A stretch of 64,000 nucleotides of DNA from Marsupella aquatica (Eukaryota > Plantae > Marchantiophyta): positions 2,124,457-2,188,456 of the forward strand of contig OZ316894.1 of the NCBI GenBank assembly GCA_973895155.1, read 5' to 3'. Of the stretch, positions 38,901 through 49,787 are shown piece after piece (the first letter of the stretch is position 1; every line of letters begins with the position of its first letter). Below the pieces are notes generated by a model. The model saw nothing but the letters and a program-made list of their open reading frames with translations. It ran no database searches and had not been told where the DNA came from. The position numbers were made by a program, and so were the translations under genes.

Positions 38901-40696
38901 GTCTCTACTGAGGTTTGTGGTTGAGTCCCGAATCATGATATAGAAATCCGACGACTTACCAAGCTTCTTATCCAGAGAGGCTCTGGAGAGCGCAACCTTC
39001 GTATCTCGCCACTCCTGCTGGCAATCCTCTGAGACTGCGTAACCAGATACATGTGCACCGCAACTTTAATTCCAACATGACAGCTCTCTCAGTATCTTGC
39101 ATCACCTACTCTAAAATGCAGCTTCTCCTAATCCCAGGAACGAAACATTCCACGTTAGAAAATAATTGGTTATAATGCTTACCATCCTTGGCATTCTCAC
39201 TTTTCATCGTCTTTGAGATGCAGTCGAACCCACTCTCAGATTTTAGGTTGCAGAACTTCTTAATTTCGTCACTGCATTTACCTGAATTTACCAGTTGCAA
39301 AACCTCATTAGCGTACACGCGATTCTATTACAGTTGTGATTGCAATCCTCTTTTCTTGAACACCATACACCATTTATTTCGATCGCCTTGGAAAGTATGA
39401 TTTCACAGCCTGGAATACCATGTTAAACGTTTTTCTATACAGCCTTTACACTGCAATATTGATAATGGACGAATCTCCCATAGTCATATCAATTCAAATG
39501 ATCATTAGTGTCCGGCATGAGCAAGAAGCTCAGTGATCCAGAGGTTCCTCTCAGAATTCTTTCACGAGTAACATTCAACTCAGGTCCTTCAAAATCCGCA
39601 CTCAACAAGAACGTCCAGGGTACAATCATTCTTTTGAAAGGCAACCCAGCCAGCACTGCAGGTTAGGGGGCACTTTACTATGACCTGTTCCTTCCCTGTG
39701 ACTTCAAATTCCAAATGCTTGTACATCAAATGGCCTAGTGGCTCTGCGAGAGACCATAAGTTGGCACTCCACAACCAGAACGTTGCACGAACAAACGAAT
39801 TCATCAACAATTCAATCACCGCGTCAAGGCCGTTCAGGCATGGTCCACTCAGAGACCGGTTCACTATCGATGACCAAACCTCGACATTGACCCACGTTTG
39901 ACGTATTCCAGGAAAATGGCCAAGGTATGAACGGAAACTCTCATTGTAGCAAACGAGTGATGTATTTCCCGTTGTTCCCGATACAAAGTTTAATGAATCC
40001 CCTTGATGCATGATTGGGCTGTAGGGAGTCGGGAAAACCATGACTCCAAGGAACAATAAGGAAATGTCCATCCTTCAATCGAACACACTCACAGAACTTC
40101 AAGATGTGGAAAACGTGTGGGTCCCAGAATATTAAATGATGGGCGTCTCCTCGACTCGGACACAAAGTACGGTGAACGACACATATCCTTGCTCCTCATT
40201 TCCGGCTAATAAATCGATGGGAGTGGCAACTCATGAGGTAATTCACTAAGATCCCTTTCTACAAGATGCGGTAGATTAAGGCTCAAGTCATGTACAAAGG
40301 CACACAAGTAACACAGAGCGGCTGACTGACTATGTGATAGATCTTTCCGGACGATGACGTTCATAAGTAGCCTCAATCGATCACTGACTGGCCGACCACC
40401 TACACCATTCCCTACAGAATCTCGTGTGAAATGGGATCACTACCTGTGGAACTGAGAATGGGATCGGGCCTAGGAGTACCCCCTGAGGAAGTAGCATCCT
40501 CTGTCTTATCATTCCCTGTAGTAGGATCCGCTGGGGTACCATCATCGTCCACACCGGCATCCGCTACATCATCTGGATTGGCGCCCTGAGTCTCTTCACC
40601 AGCCACAAACGCCACATTATTCCACAGGACGACCGCCCCGATGAAGAAGAGGAGAAGCAGCTGAGATTTCCATAACCTCTGAGATTTGCTCCTCAT
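32929..40696 (-). CDS. GLG1: Golgi apparatus protein 1 (GLG1/ESL-1/MG160)-like type I membrane protein with Cys-rich GLG1 repeats; many exons, not all boundaries resolved
   Basis: Exon 1 (40696-40444) has a signal peptide and acidic linker. Repeated D(F/Y)RL...C..D....C units: DFRLNPTLNAKCAKDI, DYRFDKEFSESCE, DIDYKYAMKQTC, DFRLNYRIYKDCQEDVKTLC, DYRLDVRVRTECKEDVNKFC. The last exon has a TM helix and short tail ending YTLVVKQGDV*. Confidence 0.85.
35060..35297. mobile_element. MITE-like inverted-repeat element in a GLG1 intron
   Basis: Left gggcctggattca...attggaccctcgtcctcac...caccctc pairs imperfectly with right gagggtggggtgagggcgagggatcaatggatccagggcc. Non-coding, ~240 bp. Confidence 0.5.
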
Positions 40697-41755
40697 TGCT
40701 CCCACCCACAAATCCCTCCCTCCACTACACCAAATCAATCGCCAACTCCCCGATCCGACTCTCCACGACCGACTCCTCACAGATCCGGGCTCTCCTTGTC
40801 CCGCCAGAGCCGTGATCGCTCCGTACTAGTGCGCCCCCTACAATGTGGCAGCAGCTTCCTTACTAGCAATGCATGACCCTCTTCTTGAACCCAACCGACC
40901 CCGAAGCTGGGTGACCTCCTCAATTAAAACAACACTACGGTGGTAGATCGGATGCCCCCAGATCCGTTCCTAACTTGCTGTGAAGTACATCGTCATCAGT
41001 CTGCCCTCCCAGATCCACAAATGGGAAGATTGAAAGGCCACGGGAGAACGAAAGAAAGAGAGAGGTGGATTGGCACTCCAATGATGGTATCAACTTACAG
41101 CATTATGAGGGAAGCCTGTACTACTACTGGCAGCAAATGTTTTGGGCAAACTACTACTCTGCCCCACATGTTGGCTGGAGGAGCAGGGAGGGCGGACTGG
41201 AGCAGGCATAACAGAATGGTCTCTCTTGTCTGTGTGTGGGCCGTGGGGTGACATGACAGAATCGGCTCATGACGAGGTGGGTCTGGGTGTCTGAGGAGTG
41301 AGGAGTAGATTGTGTGTGCCTTGATTGTGAAGCAAGGGAGCTGCCGATTGTTCCCAAGAGCGAAGAGAGTGGACAGGGACTGAATCAATGGGGCAAGACT
41401 GCGGAAAAGCAGGATTGATGTGAGTGACAAACCACAGCTTTGCAGACAGGCAGGCTGGCTGGCAAACGAGGAGAGAAGAAGGCTTGGGGGGGGGGGGGGG
41501 GGGAGGGGCTGTCATCACCACGACACCACCAGCTACTGCTACTTCTCTCCTACTCTCCTCCTGACAGCGGTCCAGAGGACACTCTTTTTGGGTGGTTTCA
41601 CTTTTCAACGTTCAACTGCATGAAAATTGAAAATTGTGATGCGAGGAACTCAAACCAGAACTTTAATCTTTCAGTCCAGACACAAAAAGAATCTGGACAC
41701 ACTAGAACTGGCCACTTGGGGGTGAGTGGACTGTTATATATGAAGGCACTAATCC

Positions 41756-41800
41756 GGGTTGGGTTGGGTTGGGTTGGGTTGGGTTGGGTTGGGTTGAGTT
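41756..41800. repeat. (GGGTT)n microsatellite
   Basis: Eight perfect GGGTT units followed by gagtt. Confidence 0.9.
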
Positions 41801-44591
41801 AAGTGTCATCTCTAAGTTAAACTACTCAAGATTTGAATAGGGGCTGGAACTACCAAAAGGAGGGTTTTGGGATGTGCTTCGCTCTAAGTGACCAGAAGTT
41901 CTGCTGGAGCAGAATGGACAACTTTGAGTTTGAAGCAATGTCGCACCCTGACCTCAACCAGAGTTTCATGACCCAAGTTTTGTCGGTCTGAGAATTACAA
42001 TTTACTCAATTTTTGGGGGTCAGAGGATTGATCATCCTTCATTTCACCAAGTTATTTTCTAATAGTATTGTCGCCCCATTTCTGTTGTTCTAACTTAAAG
42101 ATCTCACAAATGCTGCAAAGACCCCAGAGCTTTATTTCCTTAATTTAGCAGGAAGGATCAAGGACCCAGCAAAATTTATTCCTTCATAAACACCACACTG
42201 GCAATTATACAGTTCAGGCAGAAAAAATGACAAGCTGTAGCATACTTTTGCTATGCACCATTCCAAATTGGCAACATTATGCCCTTTGAGCCATCCAAAG
42301 TCCAGTGAGGCAAGCAACATGGAATAAGGCCCTAACAGTATCCTGGTTTCCTAGAGACAAGAGGAATTCTAGCTGTTGAATTTTCTCTTTGCTCAAGCCA
42401 CCTTTAAGTGACATCAATATGTCAGTAGCATGTAGAACCACAAGTAGTAGCATGTAGAACCACAAGTGTTTGATATTAACGGATTGTTTTGACAGCCAAT
42501 CCATCAGGGGCTTCAGGCACCTTCTTTGGTGTCATTATTATGTAGCCAAGTGGAAGTGGAGTTTAGTCATGCTTTCAGGATTCTCTTTCCCTTTTGTACA
42601 ATCTCGTACCTTCTCTTCAAATGGAAGTTTGACCCAGTCACGCCCTCATGCAGACCTTGCATGCAAATTAATTACTCCAGATGCCACACGTTGTCCGTTC
42701 AGTCCAACAGTAGCGAATTTGAAGATTCATATTCTTCTTTCAATGCAAACTTTAAAGGTATTGTATATTTCATTTCCTTAACCTTTGGTGGAGCTTGTTA
42801 ACCCCATCACTTATCACTCACCCATTTTCATTGAAGCTCTGTTGTCTTGTTGAACTTGAATATCAATTGTGCAGTCAGTCTTTCCCTGGCGGCCTGGCTG
42901 AGTCTGAAAGTTCAACACAAAAATGAGTGATGGGAGCCACTGACACTTCATAGTCAAGACTGACAATTGATAGAATACTCACCTTTGGTGCAGAGATCTC
43001 AATTATTGAACTAAGGTCATGAAATCTCAGAAAGCGAAGGTTCAGTTGGATGTTCACAAACTTAAGGAGGTCATTTACAAAAACGACGCATCATTTCCAA
43101 CAAATCACAAGGTCAATTTATTGGTTCTAAGGAAAAACTTAAAAGAAAGTTAAGGTCTTTCCAATCCAACTTTGAGAATTGTAAGAAAAGACAAGGGTTA
43201 AAATAAAATGTTGGATTAAAAAGGATAATGAATTCTTTTCAAATTTTTTCTTTAGTTTTAGGGTGACCCAAGCTTGGTGGACTCAGAAACTTTATAGTAT
43301 CACACTCAGAACCTTACAATGCCATATCTGAAGATGTCATGATTCTCCCTAACTTACTTTCACTCTTGTAGGTTCAAGTTCTGTCCACCATTTCAATCAG
43401 TCAGACAGAGTTGCTTTTATAAAAAGTCATCAATGTGATCTAAAAGCCTGCAAAGTTCCTTGCATTTGTGGCGATGTTAGATTCATACCTGGCCGACCCC
43501 GCCTCAAATTCCTTGATGAGTTTAAAGTCTTCTACTCTTAGTCATTTCCTTTGATACCAATCATATTGTCAAATATTCCTTATGATCTCTTCATAATATC
43601 TCTAATACCATAGTCAAAAACATTTTAATATGCACTGCCAAAATTTCTATCCAAGATGTGTCTCTCCTTGTCTGACTCAATCTATCGCTACCTCAAGATC
43701 CGGAAGCTTGGTGGAGGGAGAAAAATAGAATGAACCCACATGATGAGATGGGCGATGGATGGGAGGCTCAGAACAAACAAATTCAAAGGTGTAATGTAAT
43801 CTAGACCTTGCAGAGTAAGTGCACCATAATATGAATGTCTATCTGGTGTCATGGCTTTGTATGTTTCTCTTTCTTTGATTGAGTTGACAAGCACATTGAT
43901 TGTTGGTAGGCAAATCAATTAGTGGGTGATGAAGCTGGCTATATGGTGAATCCACCTTTCAGATTTTGTCTTATTCAAATTTTGTGTTTAACATTTTTAT
44001 TTTAATGTGACTTAACTAGGTGAGTCATTTGTATTAATTTGATTTTGAATTAACTTTTGGACCCCCTTTTAATTTAGTGAACTTAGAGTATTTTGAATGT
44101 ATTCAATTCCCCCCATAAATGTTTAATCTTTCTTTTTCAATCACTCCTTAGTGAATTATCTTTTTTCAATGAGTTTTAACAATGTGCACATTTGGTGTAC
44201 TAAGTTCCCCTTGTGGTTTCTTTTACAAAATTTATGATTTTAATTGAATTGATTGTCATTACCTAGAAGCAAGTGAAAATCTGGATGTGCAAAACTCTTT
44301 AATATCTTTGTACTTCCTTGGTCATAATGTGCTTTTCTTTGCATGTGTACTATGTAATTCACACTTACAACAGATATTGATTTCTTGGCATGTACCTAAT
44401 TCTTTGATCATAAAACAAATCAAATGAATTACATATCACTACAAAACAAAAATAGAAACATGTTCCAGGATGAACATGCTATACTATATGGGGCGTTGCT
44501 TAGGTGACAAGAGAATAAATCAATAATGTAGACTGAGTGGCCATCTTCTATGTTGTTCCTGTCCTTCTTTAGGTTGGAACTTTAAACAACA

Positions 44592-44662
44592 TGGACCGGT
44601 TAGGAATCGAACATAGGACCTCCCGTGTACATCGTAGTGCTCTACCACTGAGCTACAGGCCC
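44592..44662 (-). pseudogene. tRNA pseudogene / tRNA-derived retrocopy
   Basis: GGGCCTG TA GCTC AGTGGTA GAGC A ... GTTCGATTCC ... CCGGTCC A. The D arm, A box and B box are intact, but the anticodon and T stems are mismatched. Flanked by an AACA direct repeat. Confidence 0.7.
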
Positions 44663-45427
44663 AACATGTATGCATCCATCATCAGTTCGAGTGTTCAAAA
44701 ACTTCAAACAACTGGTGTCTCTTGCACTTTAGACATTGAACACCTGGTTTCTGTTGCACTTTAAAGGGCTCAAACATGTACTATTGTGATGGATTTTGCA
44801 ATGCAACTATTCAACATGATGTTCCATGAAGAACTCTGGGCAAGTTTACAACTATCAATTATTTCGCAAATAAGAAGATTTCCAATGGAGCTTGAAGCAC
44901 CCTAATGCCTTTCACAAGGCTACCCTCAAGTTACGTCAAGGACAATGCACAAATGGGAAACAAATAAAATACGAGCTTCACTGTTGCTATAAGTCTAAAA
45001 AGATGTGACTTCTTCAGGGCCACTTCATCAACGTAAGGCATCTCAAACTTGTTTATTTGCTTGTCCTTTTCACATTTCATGCTACCTACACAACCCCCAA
45101 GGCAGTCTGCGTGCATTGTGGAAGAATGTGCTATGTTGTGCTATGTTGATATTTCAATCAAAGTAAGGAATGGACACAAAGTCCTGCAAAAAACAAACTT
45201 ATGATAAGTGAAGATCCACTTTTTGTCAGGCAAATGCCCTTTAAAGAGCCACTAGCCATGACAACAACCTGGTTCCACAGATATAATCATTTTTAGTATT
45301 TTTTCCTGAAAATTGTGGAACAAAGTCTCATGGTAAAACCAAATATACACATACTTTTTACAGAAATAGGCCAAATAGAGTACAAAAGAATAAACAAGAG
45401 AGGTCCCAAGTGGACAAAACCAAACGC

Positions 45428-45518
45428 AAAAGAAGTGAGCAAAAGGAAACCCTAAAAACCAAGAAAGAGAAACTAAAAGAAGTGAGCAAAAGGAAACCCC
45501 TAAAAACCAAGAAAGAGG
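45428..45518. repeat. Tandem duplication, 2 x ~45 bp, in the 3' region of the RLE element
   Basis: aaaagaagtgagcaaaaggaaaccc(c)taaaaaccaagaaagag occurs twice. Confidence 0.85.
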
Positions 45519-45578
45519 AACGAAAACTACCGCACATGGACCGAGGTCCTCATCATACCTAGCAAATGTGGCAACAAG

Positions 45579-46202
45579 CTAGTGGTCTACATCAAGTGTC
45601 GAAACTAGATCGGCAAGTGGGACAGGAATGTCCTCTAGGGGGGCTAGCCGTTGCGGAGTCACACTAGCACCCACTGTCAGAGATCGACGATAGACGACCC
45701 GAGCTTGAGCACGCTGTAAGGTGATTGAAATGCGTTGGCGAAAGTGCGTGGTCAAAACAGATAGCGGGGGCCCGGTGGGACCCATCCGGCCGTGAACATC
45801 CCGAGCAGCTTGGCGAAGAAGCCCGTCGAACTGATGATGGAGACGCCCAAATATCTCAAGAGCAAGGGGCAGGAAGCTATCAGATGAAGCTCGTGCAGCA
45901 TATTTGGCCTCCTTTGTTGTTGCTGCTCGTGATGCTGCTGCCCCTGCCGTTGTTGCCGCTGTCCCAATGATGTCTTGGCGCAATGGGTTTGCCACCACTA
46001 CATCTGCCAAAGTACGGTGACCTTCACGGACCATGGTAAGATCCACCCGTAACCGCTGTGATGGAGGACCAGGTAACTCGAGCACCACCTCCCGCCGCGC
46101 GCAGACCAAAGAGCCAGAGAGAACCTGAGCAGTCGCATCTCTCACAGCGTCGTGAACAAAAGTGATTTCGCCGCCCAAACTGCATCGAAGAAGATGGACA
46201 TC
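45579..46202 (-). mobile_element. 5'-truncated non-LTR retrotransposon fragment: restriction-like endonuclease (RLE) C-terminus, CRE/R2-like
   Basis: HLLRCSLGGEITFVHDAVRD (end of the CCHC knuckle plus the RHD-like motif), RREV, RVDL...ADVVVANP, KEAKY, FLPLALEIFGRL and RISITLQRAQA. Confidence 0.8.
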
Positions 46203-46957
46203 ATAGTAAAGGAGAGTAATGTGAAAAAGGAGAAGTCTTGGACTATTCTCCTTTTATATGGCCAGTGTTGGTTTAAGCCATCACAGCCCTCACAAAAATT
46301 TAGATTATTTATTTCCTTCTACGAGTCACGGGGACCACATTAAATACTGTCTTTAGTGACTTGTGATGTCTTCGGTCACTGCCGGTTGCCTGACCTCCCC
46401 AGTGCTCCTGTCAGGGGCTAACCTGGTTATGAACAACGCATTTGGGATGAATAGTCTCCCACCCCATACTGGGTCGCTCCTGTGCTGCTCCTGGGAGTTT
46501 CACGGGTGGGTGTAGGATGGGTAACCCTCCCATGGTTACCCAATAGATGGTACATCTAACGGCCCATGTGATCCCATGTGATGTAAGGGCCAGGGTTTCC
46601 TGATCGATCAATCTAGCGTATGTTAGAAGCTAACTATGAACGGTCCAGATCATAGGATGTGGGGCATCGATGGCTGAAAACATTGAATGTTTAATCGATG
46701 GCTCCCATTCAGCCATAGTGTAGGTGATGAACGGATGCAATGTAGATTAATTTTGAAAATGTTATGTGTGGTAGGTGATATACGGCTAAGATTGCCATGT
46801 ACTATATTGACGCCTCAGATTGCCCACGGGAACTGGTTCAGAAGCGCGGAGTTCAATTTTAAATTTTTGCTGTTGTCACCAGGTTGGTCATCGAGGCCAT
46901 ATCCGTAAGCAGATTCATCACAAATCAACGACAATCATAGCAAAAATTGGTGCAGAT

Positions 46958-47689
46958 ATGGCCAGAGGAGGAGGATCAACACTGAAGGAAGTGCAGCAGG
47001 CAATGAGGAATGGCGATGCTCGCACATTTCTACCAATGAATGGTTACATTGTCAATTTTGAAGCTCCTAATCCATTTCCTCGGAAGTTCACGTACCTCGC
47101 TTGTTCTGAGTTAAATGAGTACAATGACACTTGCTCTAAAACTGTCGAAGGACCCAAAAAATGTGAGCATGGATCATTCGAGAGTGGAACATTCATTTAC
47201 CAGTATAGATTTGACGTATTTTTTGTGGATGGTAGCATCGGGGAAGACTGTCCACCCCTGCGTGCTACCGTGTTTGCAGCTGGGAGGCCATTGCTCGAAA
47301 ATTGAACTGCTACCGTTGTGAACTTCATGGAGGAGGAAGCCCAGACAACTTTCATTCATCGCGTTATCGATAGCATTCCATTTGTACAAATAGTTGTTCG
47401 AGTATCAGGCGGTTGTGCAATTATCCAGCAGTTGGCAGTGCTTCGCCTACCCAACAATTTGGGTCGACGAACCTTTCGTTCAAAACCTAAGCATACTATC
47501 TCTCGAAGCCTCCGCCAGCATGATGACACGGCTGCGGAAAGCAGCCCCACTACGAGTACTTTGGTTTCCCTGGATCCGTGCACAACAAGTTGTATTACAG
47601 CATACAACTCACTGCGCGGCAAGGTTGAAAATTTGAAAGCCACCGTGAAGGAGATGGAGTCCTTGTTTAAGGCCACGGAAAGCGAATGA
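46958..47689 (+). pseudogene. RPA1/RPA70 C-terminal OB-fold (zinc ribbon)-like protein; one in-frame TGA at 47303-47305
   Basis: FTYLAC...CSKTV...CEH...YQYRFDVFFVDGS...ATVFAAGRPLL resembles the RPA70 DBD-C pattern (YxAC..C.KKV..C..C..YRY.L...D.TG..TAF..GE.LLG). The ORF at 47318 continues in the same frame. Confidence 0.6.
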
Positions 47690-48330
47690 AGGGAAACGCA
47701 CAGACTGTGCTGGCCATAGGTCATTTTGGTTGGCTTCAAGTCCTGTATTTGTTTTCATTCCAGCATGCGAGTGGCATACAGCGCATAGTGACACAGCATC
47801 GCGGTTTGGAAGCCGTGAAACGTAGGGTGAAGGATGTTCAAGATTTCTTTGATGTCCAAATGTTTTTTGAACAGCTTTTCTTATGAGTATTATTACCTAC
47901 CGCGAGCATTAATTTACAGTTTACGTGACTCTGTTTTCTTCGCATGTCAATGTATTCCATGGAAGTTTTTGTGTCTCGATGGCTATGGTGTGTACTCTTT
48001 GTATTCAGTGCCAGGGAATCCAAGCATTGTGTTCTCGCTCCCGTTTTTCATATGTTGTTTGGGCCATCGTCATTTAGCTCTGCCATTCAATGTCGCGCCG
48101 CCTAGGGTTTTCTCAGATTCTCATGTTAAATCTGCCGCCATAGCAAATCCCCATTTCAACCACAGCCTGCCGAAGATGCAGCTGACAACCGACAAATCAG
48201 GAGCAATTTCAGCCAACTCTTCTTAGTGCACATTAAGGTGCGGGCGTGCTCGTGAGTTCTATCGCCCTCTCGACTCTTTCATTCTCCTAACTCCAATTCT
48301 GTGAGACGTTTTGGTTTTCCTGCTCCTATA

Positions 48331-49637
48331 ATGTCTTCCCACCGGAGTTCTGATTGTGAAGATCGTTTGGCTGTCGAGGGATTCCATTATACAAAGGTTA
48401 AAGATCGAATTGGGTACCACCGGTTTTTTGTGTGTGCTATGGGCTCTTGCAGACGGAAATATAAGTATGTACGTAGGATTGAGGAGCATGTACGACTCCA
48501 TTTCTTTGAGAAGCAGAACTATGAGTTATGGCGCGACCCACTCTGGAAGGTGACTGCTAGAGTGTCCGATATGTGGAAGCTGCGGAAACTTTATGTGAGA
48601 TCATGCATAAATGCCAAGGCAAACTTGGCGTACCCAGTCCGACCATCACCTCCAGAGCCTGGTATAACACCTCCGCTCATCGAGGTCATGAAAGAGACAG
48701 CTATGGTGGACATGAAGATGGACGCTTGGCACTGCCTCCTAGACAAGGTCCATGCTCGGCAGCTGAGAGTGCTCCTTCGAAAGGCAGGGAGGAGTAACCT
48801 GATATCTGAATGGCAAAACCGTGTACACGTCTCATTGAATACTGACACTGATGCAGACATTGGCAGCCAGCCATACTTTGCGCACCTACACTTGAAGGTG
48901 GCTTGTGATGCTTTGGGATTCCTGACCGCCCACAGGTTCGAGGAGATGGATCATGGTACCAAGGTAATGCTGAGGAAACATTCTGACCTTGCTCTTTTGT
49001 GGATTGATGCAAAGCAGAAGTTGTTGCAATGGGAGGCCAGCGGTGAGCTTCGACAACAGAGGGTGGCTGCCCAAACAACCTATGAAAAATGGAAACGAGA
49101 CCACAAAGTTAGTACATTACAGAGGATTCGCGATAATTTTTATGCTGCACATCGTGAAGCCTTCCCATCATACTCTCACGAAACTACAGTGGAACATGTA
49201 AGTCCGCTGCAACCTTACTCACCCACACGCTCAGCTCATTCTGTGTTTTGTTTTGTATGTAAACCCTGTACATGTCATCTGTACCAAGATATGCATAGAC
49301 GGTGATTCATTTATCCACAATTTTGCAGGGAGACCTGGAGGTCGACATACACGACGAATCTGATGGTTCTGAAGAGGCCGATTATGATCGTGCTCCCCGC
49401 CCCTATCGACCACCAAATGACCCAACTCGAATGCGAGAAGAAAAACGACTTCGGGAGGATGAGGCCCCAGTCTTGGACGACGCACTCGATGATGTGCTTG
49501 GCACATTTGAGAATCCTATTGACTTGACAAACACATCGTTGCCATCATTGAGTCCACTTGCAGGCGTAGGGACGAACAGTCGTCCACGTACTAGAGCTGT
49601 TGTATTGCAGCAGAGTAGAGACTTACAAAATGTGTAG
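48331..49637 (+). CDS. Unknown ~391-aa protein with an N-terminal C2H2 zinc finger; 2 exons (48331-49197, 49329-49637)
   Basis: C-x4-C-x12-H-x3-H (CAMGSCRRKYKYVRRIEEHVRLH). The gtaagt donor at 49198 and ttttgcag acceptor at 49328 join in frame. The acidic tail contains PIDLT. Confidence 0.65.
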
Positions 49638-49787
49638 AATGGTTTGTAGAGTAGTTACATTGAGTTCCAGATTTGAAGGATGAACACACATTGCGCTGTT
49701 TACAACCATTGAAAACATTATTCAAAAAGTATAGCTTCAAAAATATTGTACTCTCGTCTTCTTTTGACTACAGATCTGCACCTACTT

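Noticed and set aside
42840-43920. Possible highly degraded DNA-transposase remnant
   Set aside because: The composition looks coding-like in places, but I could not recover diagnostic motifs by eye.
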